Part shown: positions 12,112 to 26,745 of the stretch, in pieces
Layout: every line of letters begins with the position of its first letter
How positions within the stretch are numbered: position 1 is the first letter of the stretch
Source of the DNA: Octopus sinensis
Taxonomy: Eukaryota
Assembly (NCBI RefSeq): GCF_006345805.1
Contig: NC_043000.1
Coordinates: forward strand, 49,042,001 to 49,106,000
Reading direction: 5' to 3'
Length of the DNA: 64,000 nt
Notes under the pieces: model-generated
Database searches by the model: none
What the model was told of the DNA's origin: nothing
The model's input: the letters and a program-made list of their open reading frames with translations, nothing else
Translations under genes and position numbers: made by a program

Positions 12112-14272
12112 TTGTGTGTATATATGTATATATATATTCAGATATCTATATATGGATATATATGATATATAAGTGTGTATGTATATGCATATAGATATAT
12201 ATGTAATATACAGTTAATTTTTATGCTGTTGAAACTGTGCTACGTTTCATTGCGATAATGTGCTATAAATTTTAACCGTCACATTGTTATGACGAATATA
12301 TTTACATTCGTTCTGGCATAAAATATTGGCTAAATATCTATATACATGATCTATAATATGATATAGCCATAGATGAATTTATAAAGTATACTTTTATGTA
12401 TATGTTTATACGCATTCATGCGATTATATATATATAAGGTATTGATATATAGATACATTTATATCCATATATCAGTATCATATATATATATATGATATTG
12501 ATATATAGTGAATTACATATATATACATACTTAGAGACTGTGGCAGAGAGAGGGGAGGTGAAAAGGAAAGATATGTCTTTGCTGAGTCAGTTCATGTGTT
12601 GATAAAATGGTCTGCGAAGAATTGTTATTTTTTCATACACAGGTGAACACAGGCACACACTGGCACACACAAATACACACAGGTACACTTACAGACACAC
12701 ATACACACGCACGCACACACACATATATATATATATACGGGTGTGTGTATACACGTTTAAATGCATATATATGTGTGTGAATATATCTATATATATGTTA
12801 TGCATGCATATATATGTGTTTTATATATATATATATATTATATTTATGCCTATATTAGTGTATGTGAATATGAAACATTAAGCTGACTAGTCCCATCAAA
12901 CACGTGTCGTTGTGAGAAATAGCAAAATGAGAATATTGAGTCCGTCATTACAACAAATTTCAAATTAACCCTGGTTTTGATATATTCTTTTGTCTCTCTC
13001 TGATTATTATTCTATTCATCTAAACATATAATGGATGTCAAACATTTCTTAAATTTTCAATTTCGATTGTGAGATTTCTATCCAAATTTAAATTAACGTC
13101 TTTGAATTTATAACATTTCAGTAACAATTATTTAAATCTGTTAAGCAAATCAGTAGTAAATAATTAAAATTTAATCAGTGATAACTTGTAATTCATTATT
13201 AGACATGTTTGTTTTCAATAGTACGTTGCTTTTGTTCATTGAGGCAATTCAAATGCGACATTAATTAAGCTGGCGATCAATATCTTAGCGTGAAACACTT
13301 TATTGAGCTATCATTTGGGTTGCTGCTACGGCGTCTATTCAACCAAGTTGCTTTATTTGTTCATATTGAAACAGTAATGTATCATGATTTCTTTTGACGT
13401 AAAAAAATGAACATTCTGCACGTATCGACGCCTTTAAATTTTCTTTAGCTTGTTCCACAAAACTTATAATGAAATGAATTTTAAAAATTGTAACATAGAC
13501 AGAAATGCGTTTGGTTCTTTCAAATATTTAATAATTTACATGAAATTAACCTATAAAAGCTTCTTTTCTTTGCTACATTTTCGCCAACAAGGAGATTTTC
13601 CTTGTCGGAATTGTTAAATTAATGTGCTGTCAATAATAATGTTGTTATAATATTCAAACTTTATTTCTTGTGTTATTCTTGTATTAGAAGACGAAGAGTA
13701 AATGCAATATTAAAGAATTTCAAGTGTATTTTGAAAGCAATATATTATAATTGAAGAAGCCTCAAGGAAGAAGCGCAAAATTTGTAGTAACGTATGGAAT
13801 CAAGAGGCCTCATCCATCACAAATGAAGCTTATCTAGAATTATTAATAAAAATTAATGTATCATATTGATACATTAGTCGTGAATACAAATTTGCATCTC
13901 TTTACAAATTCTTTTCGTACGAGTGTATCTAAAGTTCTTATTGTATCAAAACTAAAGGGTTTTGGTAGTTAACAACTGTATCGGTGTGTCAACATATACT
14001 AGTAATATAATAGTATTTTGATATGACTTAATATAAATGATATATAAACACCTGCTATAAATGATATTCTTTATTTCTCCCATTGCAATCTTACTCTCGT
14101 TCTTTCTCTCTATCTCTCTCTCTCTCTCTCACATATATACATATATATATATATATACATATATACATATATATACATATATATATATATACATATATAT
14201 ATAGACACATATATATACATATATATATATTCACATATATATACATATACATATATACATATATATACTTAT

Positions 14273-14385
<113 letters not shown>

Positions 14386-14480
14386 AATTATCGTCATTTC
14401 AAAAGGAGTATATTGCCACATTTAGGTGACAAATATATATACTTCACAATGTGATGCTACTGTTTACATCTCGCTCAGAG

Positions 14481-14538
<58 letters not shown>

Positions 14539-14554
14539 GTATTTGTGTGTGTGT

Positions 14555-15060
14555 ATCATTGTATCGTCGGGGCTATCGGTTGCTGTTATACACCGTTCTC
14601 CACCATGCGCTTCCAATTCTTTCTTGATTGCGCCCCACTTTTCCTCCTTCGCCCGCACTATTTAACTAAATCGTTTTTCCGTCATGTAAACCTTCCAGGT
14701 GGCCTTTCCTGATCTCTTAAATACGGTAACAGCACAGGTACACGTGTCGTATGTGAAGCTTGTGATACGTCTAGTGGAATTTGTGCGTTTTAATACCTTC
14801 CCTCCGTTCCGTTCTCGGATTGGCTTATCTCGGCTGTGGTCTAGCAATGATATTTCGAGTATTTATTTTCCTGTGGTCCTTTACGTCGTAGCCAATCGGT
14901 GTTCATTCCTTCATAGTATCCCACAAGATCGCAGGTTGGATGGTGCTATTGAAGAAGCTGTCACATAGGGTCTTGTCCAACATTGCTTTGAGCACTTTGT
15001 TCTTGATGCAAAAGTCTTCCATCATGTCCTTTTCCCTCTCAGGAACTCAGTTTCCATATC
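14555..15060 (-). mobile_element. RTE-clade LINE 3' fragment (degenerate RT C-terminal region)
   Basis: Minus-strand peptides FFNSTIQPAILW and LATT*RTTGK*ILEISLLDHSRDKPIRER resemble the RTE motifs LFNSTVLPALLY and LxTTQRAMERxMLGISLxDHIRNxxIRER. Stops and frameshifts present. Confidence 0.6.
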
Positions 15061-16410
15061 TCGGGGCAAATATCTAATAATAATTCTGCTTGTTCCTCCG
15101 TCTGTAACGCTTTCACGTGATTAGTTGTAGGGAGAGGCGAAGAGCGAGAGAGAAAGTGGGATAGAGAAAAAAATAGAGGAAACCAGAGCAGGCACTTTCT
15201 CAAAGTAATGCACCTATACTTGAAGAGATGAGCAACCAATAAACGCAATGTTGAGTGAAAAGGACCTAGAAATGAATAGAAATTAAAGGAAAAAAACAAC
15301 GGATGGCAAACCAGAAATGAAGATTTTCTCATGGGTAGTTTGTCATGGTCATAGAAAAGCTAGAAGAAGTCGGATGGTAGAGAACTACAAAAAGCATCTG
15401 AAACCTTAGCAACAGGTTCCTCGTAGTAAGTTTTCCAGACAAAGATTTTGAGGATAGACTCAAACTAAGAAAGTAACAAGTTTCAAATATGTGATTAAAT
15501 AGGGTGTAGCATGGTGACACAAAAATGATAAAATGAAATATATGATACATTGTAGAGGGATGATTCACTGGATAGTTAATAAGAAATTTACATTCAAAAG
15601 AGATTTAAAGTTAGTAGTATTATAAAATATTGTGGTTTTACTCAAGAATAGACATTAGATACAATTATAATTAACAACTAAAGCAACATTTTCTAGATCA
15701 TTGATTTGTGTATAACGTATATCATCGACAAAGTAACTGAAGCACAAAATTGAAAATCATTAGACTATAGTTATAAATGAGTAAATTCAAAACGTTATAT
15801 GTCCGTAAGTGTTATCTCTATTGTCGTAGATACGCTTGAGAGGACATCAAAATAACTGTCTAAGAGAGTAAGATATAATGTTAATAAAATCAGATAATAT
15901 CGTACCAGTTTTTATTCTGAATAATCCTTCAGAAAATCCTTAAGAGTTAAGTATTTTAGACACTATATCTAAAGAAGAGAATAATATGATATAAGCAATG
16001 CAGAAGTTTGATATATTAATTATATATTCTTAACTCGATAAACTGTTACATTAATATCATTGTTGTAATATCTATCTCAGAACATAGACATGAGCGAAAT
16101 GCCACTAAGAGCTTTGCCCGTCGTACTCACGATAGTGCCAGCTAGCTGCCTTTAACAGCAAACACCTTTTACCGTCATCTTAACATCAGACTATCATCTT
16201 ATAATCCAATTACTTTTTTAAACAAACTTCTAATTTACTTATGTTTTCACAGATATTCTCTAGAACAATACCCTGTGCAAACCCCAATATTTGGCACCCT
16301 AGTCATAACGCCAAGTTGAACTTCTAACTTGTTGTCTCTTGAGGTCTCTGGGTGAGACTTGGAGTCAACTTGTACAAATACAAAGCAACAGCAAAAATAT
16401 TATAATAATG

Positions 16411-16472
<62 letters not shown>

Positions 16473-16474
<2 letters not shown>

Positions 16475-16995
16475 CCAGGCAGTGGCTCTCGTGGCTTCTG
16501 ATCTTAACTGATTGGAAGTCTTATCAGGTACATTGTTTTGTCTTGGTATAAAAGATGGGCTACAGTAAATATTCTGCTCAATACCACAGTTTTGCTTGTC
16601 AGTTGTTTGACCATAACCAATGACAAACCAGAATTCCCTTAATGCCTTATGATATGTGCATCACTGATCACGAGCAGAAGTAGTTGGGGAGCATCATAGC
16701 CATGTGTTTAGAGGAAACATCGGTGTTTCATTCAACATCCTTAAACAATCCTCATTCAGGGACCTTTTGAATGGGATGGGTTAATCAACCTGAAGAAAAT
16801 TATAACTAAGCACCACCTGCAAGGTCATGCGCTGTTTATCTTGATATGAGATTACCTTGTCGCACACAAATGGTTGTAATGCATGTGCCCCGTCTACCCT
16901 TATGAGACGGATAATCATGATGGGTATACTGGGCTTCGTATATTTTACTCGTGTCACTTTGATAGCATACACTACTCTTTCACTCAATAATAATA
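16473..16995. mobile_element. Interspersed repeat about 520 bp, family unassigned, flanked by (ATA)n(GTA)n and (TAA)n
   Basis: GC-balanced block bounded by trinucleotide arrays. It resembles a cephalopod repeat I recognise but cannot verify here. Confidence 0.45.
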
Positions 16996-18140
16996 AAGCA
17001 CTAGGGTTGATAAAAACAGGAGCAGAAAAAATTATCTGAGAATTACCCCTGGCCTACCCTCGGAGAAGACACTTGGCAAGTATGGAAACAAAACTAAAAA
17101 AGAACTACTAATGATGATGATGATGATGATGATGATGACGACGACGGAGATGACGATGATGAATCTTCATATAAAAATTTAATGAAAAAGTAAATATTTC
17201 GATAAATTAGCTGACTTTTAAAAATGAATTCTCAAAGTCAAATAATCTAAAGTCGGAAATAATTAAGGAATTAAAATCAAAGATATTATCTTGTGGACAA
17301 CAAAAGTACCTCCTGATAATTAACTTCAACGATAAAATAGCAACAACAATAAAAATTGCAAATTTAGCCATGGCAGTCATGTAGAAAGTGATATGATCAT
17401 CTACAGCAGCAGGTTGAACAAATATGATCAGCAGCAACCACATTAGTTACCGAGCAGCAGCGACAATATTTACAGAGTAAAGTATATACTGGCCGATATC
17501 ACTCTTGATAGGCATATCAGAACGCAAGAATATGAAATAGAAAATGAATAGATTAAAGACAGACATGAAAGAAAAGCTTGTCATTTTCAGTGTATTCAAT
17601 AAAGCAGACACAGCTATATAGTACTAAAGAAATAAACTCAGAGGAATATAACTACTGAAATCGCACCAAACACAGAAATAATTAGTAAGTATTTATTCCA
17701 GCTTAAACGTGAATGTTCTGCTAGTTAAATCAAGCTTTTTCTGCGGTAGATAGTAAAAGTTTGTTCTAACAGAACATTTATGTTTAGATGGAAATAAATA
17801 TTATCTCAATGACAAAGACGCTACAAATAGCAAACATCTTAATATTAGCAGAAATTTATCAATGCCCATAACTTCTGGATTTAATTTTCAACAGGGGCAT
17901 ATAAGGAGTTATGTAATAACACCCTGAATGAGTAGTAAACAAGAATCTATCATTTTTTTCCAGATACACTTACGAGATTTACTCGTTAAGACATCGGAGA
18001 GAATGTTGTGTGGTATTAGTTCCGACAGTCCATGCACTGACTTCAAATCCTGCTGGAGTCAGTTTAGGAGCAATAATGTACAAGTCTGTTCTTGATCTTT
18101 TCACACACGCATGCGTGCACACATACACACACACACACAC

Positions 18141-18183
<43 letters not shown>

Positions 18184-18559
18184 TCCTCTTGCTTTATTTC
18201 TATTATTTCCCTCCTTCCTTCCCCTCTTTCTATCTCTCCCCTCTTCCCTCTCTACATATCTTTCCAGTTCAAAGGTTAAATCCTGTCACAATGTCACACT
18301 GATATGGTCTGAGAATTACGTTGTACATAAACGCATCGGTAAAATACTTAACTGCTTCTATGTTCATTTCATGAACGAAAATTCAATTGATCGAATGCTT
18401 ATCGTCACTACCGACAGTGAATCCCTCACCACAATATGTACTATTTCACTTCATGATTTTGGCAGCTACTAGTTGAAGCGAATTTATTCACTACTGCAAT
18501 CAAGAATTATTCAGTTGCAGCTTCGACTACTGTCTATCACCGCCAGTGTTACAATTTTC

Positions 18560-19800
18560 CTTTAGTCTTTTCCACTGTCTGTTTTACAGGTATTGATAAG
18601 GAATGGGCCTTATCTGTCATTATTTTAATATGGAATTCTGAAACATAGTTTTTAAAATTTTCTAGCATTATCTTCCATTCCTTCTCACTACCGCCTGTTA
18701 ATTCTACTTCAGTTTGTATTTTATGGCATCTTTAAAGACAGAATAAGTTTTGTTTCCTTCGTGTGTTGTAGTCATTTCTATTCATATTGTTGTTTCCAAA
18801 GTATTTTTGCAAGTCTCACAGTGGATATTTTATAATGGTTTTCTAGTTGCCTAAGGCCCCAAATACTCTGTATTTCTAATAAATGTTATCTATGTATGCA
18901 GGATTTCGTATCATTGTTTTTTGTTCATTATTTTTTGTAGTCTTCTCATTCATTTAGCATCAAGTTGAGGATAACATAACTATTCAAACTATTACTTCAA
19001 CAGCTTGAGTAGTGATAGCTTTATTTTAAGTATTAAGTATTAAGTATTTGCAATATTTCCTTCTTACCTTCTATGATTTGTGAACGTTCCATTCTGTTAA
19101 ATTCTTTGATACATATGTGTAAGTCTCTTTTGGTCTAGTTCTTCTATCTCTATTTCAAATAATATTAATGCTCTTAATTTTTCCCCTCCAAAGTTGCCAT
19201 GACAATTTTTAAATCCGAATCGGTTCCTTCAGTAAATGCGTGTTTTCTTTGAATTTTGTTCTAGCTGCTTCTCTGTAGCGTACAATTTGAGATCTTCTTT
19301 GTAGAAAAGATGGTTCACTGCTTCCTATAACAGCTATATCTCAATCATTTCTTTTATAATATGTTGGCTAGGTGTTAGAAGTATGCAGAAACGGTGTGGA
19401 AAAAGACAGTTCCTTAGAACATTTCATTTCTAACAGAGATGAGGTTACGTTTCTTTCGTTTCCATTTTTTCTATAATATTAATTGTAGTTACCTCATGCT
19501 GTGTGTAATGTACTTGCTTATTATTGGGTTATCTTACTTGAGACTATTTTTTTTCAACGGAACATGGTTAAAAGTATTCTGGTAGTCAATTCATACATAC
19601 CTCCGGGTATGGCTTTGTTGATCAGTTATTGATCGTTACTGGCATATGAACCTTTGCAACATTCCTCCTTCTCTTCTAGAAAGGAATTATTTTCTAGATA
19701 TTAATATTTTCATATATCATTGCATTTATTACCTTTTATGTTATGGGTCTATATTTATTCTGTTGCTTTTAAATAATAATCATTGATGCCTTGGAAATGA
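18560..19800 (-). mobile_element. R4/Dong-like (RLE) non-LTR retrotransposon RT relic
   Basis: Minus-strand motifs: YRPIT (about 19745), EEKEECCKGSYASNDQ*LINKAI (about 19608-19676; cf. EEQKGCRKGSYGCKDQLLINKAI) and VNHLFYKEDLKLYA (19277-19318; cf. HLFYMDDLKLYA). Many stops. Confidence 0.75.
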
Positions 19801-19929
19801 TTACACGCTCTTCTTCATCTATGATCGCTGATGACCTGATCTGACCTGCATATTAACTCAGTTGCTTCACACCGTCCCCGTATGTCAAAACTCCAGAATC
19901 AGTCTTCTCTTAATCTAGAACTGCGGCTC

Positions 19930-20200
19930 CACTAGAGAGAAGGGCTTGAGATGAAGGTGTCGAACGAACAACGACCAAAGTTATTCATTTTTCTTTGTCG
20001 TCTAAATCTCTTAGTAGCAACGCGGCACTTGTTCATGATCAAATATACCATCCAGAAACCTCTATGTAAAATTGTCGGCAGAAGATGGAATCGCATGGAG
20101 TGGAATCTGTCTATTCCGCAAGTAGCGAAAAAGCATACGCTCAAGTTTACTAAGGATGTTCTTTTGTGACATGGTACGTCGGTCAGGAATTGTACATCAC
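19930..20200 (-). mobile_element. Possible L1/Tx1-like LINE fragment
   Basis: Minus-strand peptide ILSKLERMLFRYL..WSLFVRH resembles the post-RT region of Tx1-type elements. Weak and degenerate. Confidence 0.35.
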
Positions 20201-21370
20201 CGAAACTATATAGATGTTAGTCACATTTAACTGATTTTTCACGGTCAGTTTTTCAGCTCATTTCTAAGTGAGAATATATACCCTGCTCGTAACATCTCAG
20301 TTTTTATCTATCGAGAAACATATATACGAATATATGTTCCCCAATTAACCTGATTCTTACACCAGTGACATAAAAATTAGGCTATTGCTATATAATATAA
20401 ATTTTAAAATTATTTATTTTGAGTGTATTTATTTGTGAACGTGTAAACGTACTTTGACAAAATATATTTCCAATTTTAAGTGAGAGTGCTGTTGAAAAGA
20501 GTTAATGTATATTGTTGAAAAGAATATATATTTGAATTTCTCGTCATCTATACTCACATTTTTTAGCGTATGTGTATGTAAATAACCTAACTATAAGTTG
20601 AATAGTATCATGACAGCTGAGTTAAGCTAACCACTCTTTGAATCAGCATATTCTATCACATGTCATCAATACAACAGACACTTAATCTTTTTTTTTCTCC
20701 GAGAAAAGATAATAGATCCAAATTATATATTCAATAAGACACCATACCATTAACAGCATGCACTTCCCCAAAGAATCATTTTTCTTCAGTAACCTAATAT
20801 GCTTTGATATGTACCTACACTTGAAATATATCAGTAATATCCTCCAAGTTTATCACACAAATATTCTTAACTATTTGTGTGATATAGATATTGACGCCAG
20901 CAGCCATTTACAGATTCTGGAAAATCTGTATTACTATATAAGTTCTTGACATTCCGCCATTGACGTCAGCTATATACTATAATCATATGGATTTATTTTT
21001 ACGTTTATCTAATATTTGTGGTTAAATATTTGCCAATATTATGTCAACTGCGTTTATAAAATATCTAAATATGTCAGGTGATTACACATGAATTTTTAAA
21101 GAGAACCATAATATTGAAAGGACCCTTTTTCCTCATAATTTATATTTACAAGTGTGTGTGTTTGTGAGTGTGTCTATATGAGTGCAAATTCACTTATATT
21201 TTGCCAAATATCTGAAAAGATTTGCATACTTTCACAATACCTTTAATGCATTGTAGCTTTAATTTCTTCTATATATGCATGTATATATACAAGAAAGTTA
21301 CATTATTAACAAATAAGATTTAGAAATTTTCTAGCTTTAGAAATATGTATATATATATATATATATATAT

Positions 21371-21521
21371 AAGAAAAAAGCAACAAGAATGATCAATATT
21401 TCGGTACAATTGTTTCGTACGAAGACAGCTTTAGTAAGGCTGCAAATATTGCAGTAAATATAAGTGACCCCTACTCACTTTTGTACCGAAATATTGATCC
21501 ATTCTTGTTGTTTTTTTTATT
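21371..21521. repeat. Inverted repeat: about 39-bp arms, about 70-bp spacer
   Basis: AAGAAAAAAGCAACAAGAATGATCAATATTTCGGTACAA (21371-21409) pairs with TTGTACCGAAATATTGATCCATTCTTGTTGTTTTTTTTATT (21481-21521). Abuts (TA)n. Confidence 0.85.
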
Positions 21522-21639
21522 ATTTATAATCACTCCGCATTATCTTATGGTTAACACCATATAGATTTCTGGTGCATCTAAGTTAAGTACCGCATTCATG
21601 TGAATTAAACAGAACTCACTTGAATCTTAATTGCTTTTA

Positions 21640-21712
<73 letters not shown>

Positions 21713-22429
21713 AGAAACCACAAATAATATTTAGATACTTTGCAGTTATTTAGTTTTTCAGTCAATGCTGGTTTATATATACATGCACGCATACATACAC
21801 ACGTGCATACGAACACACATACATACATACATACATACATACACACATACATGGAATGATTGATAGACAAACAGATTGACAGATAATCAGACGGACAATC
21901 AAACTGCAAAAAGAGTAGTTCGACTACGTTTCCGTGGATCATTCAAGGATGCCTAAATCTATGTCTTGTAGAAATTTGACATCGGACTATATTTAGAACG
22001 AAACTGAACGGAGATGGAAAATATGAAACATTAAATATTGAATTACTTTTTTAAAATTTAGTATTAGAAATGAAACAGTGATTCTTCCATAACATAACTT
22101 AGTTTCATTTACGACAGTAGTAGCTCTACTTTTATCAAAACTTAGAATGATAGCTCTATATAATGAAGTACACTGTGAAATGTCTTACTTAAAGCATTGG
22201 GTTTGCTCCTTATATGATTAACTGTTATAAAGGTTTTCAAAGAAGATTACATTTAGAAACAAAGATTGATTTTGTAAATATGGTTGTGCAATAAAAAATC
22301 ATTTCAATCAACTTTGATTAGTCAACAACTAACTCTATACAACCAGATTACTGCATTATCGTTGATTCTCAAAGAAACCTCCGTAAATACAATTCTAACT
22401 GAATATTCAAATGGCATACATGAAAGACC

Positions 22430-22744
22430 GGAGGCGCAATGGCCCAGTGGTTAGGGCAGCGGAATCGCGTTCGGAGGATCGCGGTTTCGATTCCCAGACC
22501 GGGCGTTGTGTGTGTTTATTGAGTGAAAACACCTAAAGCTCCACGAGGCTCCGGCAGGAAGTGGTGGCGACCCCTGTTGTACTCTTTCACCCCAACTTCT
22601 TCTCACTCTTTTTTCCTGTTTCTTGAGTGCCGCTGCGATGGAGTGGCGTCCCGTCCAGCTGGGGGGAACACATACGCCACAGAAACCGGGAAACCGGGCC
22701 CATGAGCCTGGCTAGGCTTGAAAAGGACGCATAAATAAATAAAA
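22430..22744 (+). mobile_element. Full-length tRNA-derived SINE, family B, with target-site duplication
   Basis: A-box TGGCCCAGTGG, B-box GGTTTCGATTCCC, (ATAA)n tail. 14-bp TSD ATACATGAAAGACC (22416-22429) / ATACGTGAAGGACC (22745-22758). Confidence 0.9.
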
Positions 22745-23409
22745 ATACGTGAAGGACCTCTCGATTTAATATCACCAGTGCTTTTATCTCTATCTGCAGG
22801 TTATTTCACCCCTGGTAATCTCAAATGTTTTTAACAAAGTCATGAAGGTTAATAATCGGTGTTTGGTCAAACGATAAAAATATATTAAAAACAGAAGGTC
22901 TCTCTGGAAAAGTCTTCCGAAATATATTGAAATGAAATTAAAGATATGTTTAGAGAGATATAAGGAGTACTTTGTCTAATGCGTATATCTTAGTTTTATG
23001 TTCATACTGGAGCCGAATCTTCCTTTTTTAAGGAATGAATGATGTTACATACGACTTGAAAAATATATTTCAATGAAACATATACTTTTGCATGTTAGAG
23101 ATAGCAACCAAATATTCCTGAAACTTTACCTTACTATCTTAATATGTAAATACGGATATAATACCAGAAAATATGATGGAATACGCATAGCTTGAACACT
23201 TACCCTATGACTAGGCTTACAGAAACCTGGCCGGAGGCTAAATTAAAATGATATATGTTCCACAAAATTTAAGCATGTTTTATTTACTTCATCAAAACAT
23301 GTTCAACACAGGAAATAGTATTTTTAATATCTTTTGCTTAACTACATATTTAGCATGTGAACTGTGTAGCTCAACTAATAAGTAAATATTATCAATCAGA
23401 AAAGGTCAC

Positions 23410-23481
<72 letters not shown>
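23410..23481. repeat. (TTA)n microsatellite
   Basis: Directly visible. Confidence 0.95.
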
Positions 23482-23482
<1 letters not shown>

Positions 23483-26391
23483 TGTGCTTCTTTTTGATTG
23501 CATATATAGAAATAAACATTCCAAATATTGTAAATATACACACGAAATTGTTTGTTGTATTGTTATTTTCAGTTAGTACTGAACAGATTAAGAATTAATT
23601 TGTGGAATATATTTTATTACGCAGTCACGTAACGGTTTGCGTTATGAAATGAAATAAAACCGTTTCTTTAAAATGATTTTCGTTGATGTCACGTTTGTTT
23701 GTAACTGTTTAAAACATACTATGATATTCAATATTATTTAGGTGCTGACAACGAAAGATATTGACGGCTATAAAATATTGAAATAAATTCTCACTATCGT
23801 TGATTTACTGCTAATAGAAAAATCAGATGAAAAGTAGAAATAGTCGATTTATTGGATTTTATTCTTATCGTTAAAACCAGTTTGAGGTAATATTTCGCAT
23901 TCGAGTTATGTTTAAGAATACAAATTCGAAAATTTTCAAGTGAATCATCAGTTTGTCTCTTTCCATATACTGAAATAATCACTTAGCCATTCATGTGATC
24001 AGCTACTTATATTTCAGGGCTTAACTTTGATGCAAATTATCTACGCTTAGTGCATTTGAGATGATACTACTGATTGGAATCTTACAGCCTGTCGATTTCG
24101 ATGACGGCTATGAATAAGTAGACGGTTATCTATCTAGTCTACTTGCTCTTACTTGTCACTGTAACAATTATAGTTTAAAGTGATTCGCAGTGATTGCGAT
24201 TGGGCATAAGTTAGATTGAGACAGGTCGTTGGAATTCATTTGCAGGAAAAATATCGAATTTGGTACTTTCATTGCCGAAACGAAAACTTTGTTCATATAT
24301 CTCCAAAACATATGTATTGATTTACATTCGAAAAGAATTATCCTATAGCCAATACATATCGACATGTTCAAAGACTTTCCCCATCGAACCGAGTCAAATA
24401 GATGGATGTTGAGAATTGTAATATAATATAGAATCAGTGTTTCGACATAGGGAAACATTCGATTCCTTACATAGGTAAATGTAAATGAAATTCGGCAAAA
24501 TCTGCTTTCGTCATGAGGTTTCACGACGAAATCAAATAGACTTCAGGCAACCTAAAACGCACTTAGAATAGGACCACCTGACTAACTGGCATAAAGTCAC
24601 TCGTAGACTCTACCAAAGCTCTGGCCCACAGTCTTCTTTGTCACTTCTCTAAAGACCTCTGCTCATTAGAGTTGGCTGCGTTCATCATACCCACATTGCT
24701 GTTTTGGTGACACATTCGTCTCTCCTCCTCTTATTACTTTCCTCCGCAGTTTCCAAACTAGCAACTACGCTCACTCCACGTCGATTCCTGGAATTCCTTC
24801 CCCGCTCTTGGCTAGTTCACTGGTGCAATAGTTCAAGAAAAACATTAATGGTATCAATCTCATCGGTTTCGGAGAATCTGTTATATCTTGAGTGCTACTC
24901 CAGAAACAGCGATTAAAAAAAATCAAGAGAGAAAAGAACAAACATTTGGATTCTCGATGTTTACTGTTACTATATTTGCGCAGTATTGTGTTGTATCAAT
25001 AATTAACCCAGTGTAGTTATCAGAGAACAGTAAATGGTTAATACGTTTCTACCTGTCAAAATCTATAACTTTGCTTTAGTCTTTTCGGTTAAAGGAGACC
25101 GAGAATTTTACCTGTGGCATAGCACAAGCGTCTCTAAAGAAATGGATATTCAGTTATAACATTCATATTTTGTCAATTGGAGGTTTGTAAATAAAATATC
25201 GATAAGACGATAGTGTGTCTTTAAATCTTTGTTCATCATGCACATTATGTTCTCCATGACTATATTACAACGGCTTTCAAAAAGACTAAGTTTTTTGTCC
25301 TCGACTGAACCCCTTTCCCTTAAGGTGCTCAAGCCATCAGCACTTCAAAATTCCAAATTTCATTTCAGCAACTATATGTTTTGGAGAGTAGACAAATTTA
25401 ACCACTATTTCGTTCACAATGTATTTTTTTATCGTATCTTATATGAATTATTATTTTCCTTCAACTTAATGCAAGATTATTATTTTCCTGCAACTTAATG
25501 CAAGATTATTATTCAAGTATATGTGCATGCATCTCATGATTTGCATTGCAGAGGGAAATATGCAGAGCTGTGTTAAAAATTCCAGCAAAAGCAAAACATT
25601 AATGTGGGCATTGTGTATGGGAATGATTAAAAACTGAGGGGCTTTGATTTCCTCATGATATAACTACAGCAGACGGAAATAGTCATCGATTTAAGTTTCG
25701 ATGTATTTTGAAACCGTTCCAGTCTCCATTGATTAATCGCTTCCGTTAGCAAAAGTATAGAGAAACTGAGGAAGATTTTAAAATAGTTACGAAATACATT
25801 TCGTGACAACTTACTACTTCTTTAAAAGCAGAAAAAATTATTGTTCTTGTGTGTGTAGTACAAGGAAATCTCTAACAGCATATCTACAATAAAGCGATAA
25901 TTGGATGGAAGAAACATGGGAGTTGTTTTAAATGTAATTGGTTGCATGTCTGTCTGGATTACAGAAAATCCAGGGGGTTTTAACCCAATGTATTATAATC
26001 AATATTTTATAGCTAAATTTACATCGAAATACATCGTTAATATTGACTGTTTTACACATATATGATGCTTCTGCATTTGCATTTTAAATGTTAGCATACT
26101 TTCTCGCTGCCAGGATAGAAACATTTAATAAGATGGAAAATAATACTTGTTTTCTTGTAATTGATTGCATTTCCCAGGGGTTTACAGGAGATGTTCGGTT
26201 CAAGTTCCATGGGAAGCTTGTGTTTTTTATGCAAGAGGTTTTCACGCCAACGTTTTGCAAGCAATTATTTATGACTGAATTTACTTCAAGGCACATTACT
26301 AATAAAGACATGTTTTTGTCGATGCTTCTAAGTTTGCATTCAATACATATGTGTGTGCATGTGTGAGGAGAGAGACAGATGGGAGCAAATA

Positions 26392-26525
<134 letters not shown>

Positions 26526-26589
26526 CACACATTTTGTTGTACTGCTGTGTTACTGTAGTCAATAACAAGTTTATTGTTGTTGTTTTAAA

Positions 26590-26745
26590 GGTTGTGAACG
26601 GCAAGTATCGTCAGCACGAGTTCAAATTCCGCTGAGCTGGACTTTGCCTTTCCTCCTTTGGAGGTCTATAAAATAAGTACTAATTGAACGCTGGGGATGA
26701 TATAAAGAACTCACCTCTCCCGAGACATTTCAGACCGGTGTCTAT
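26590..26745 (+). mobile_element. tRNA-derived SINE, family A (internally deleted)
   Basis: GAGTTCAAATTCCGCTGAG..GACTTTGCCTTTC..TATAAAATAAGTAC. Confidence 0.7.

Noticed and set aside
12440-12510. 40-nt hairpin around (TA)n
   Set aside because: Largely low-complexity self-complementarity.
17207-17443. 78-aa hydrophobic ORF resembling a small membrane protein
   Set aside because: Hydrophobic bias is expected from AT-rich DNA; no homology or convincing splice context.
22430-22505. tRNA-like sequence as a functional tRNA gene
   Set aside because: It continues into a SINE body with tail and TSD, with no acceptor stem. The same applies to the heads at 57.9k and 58.4k.
24520-24910. GC-balanced segment with splice-acceptor-like tracts on both strands
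   Set aside because: All frames are interrupted within about 25-45 codons and there is no good donor. It may be an old TE but cannot be assigned.
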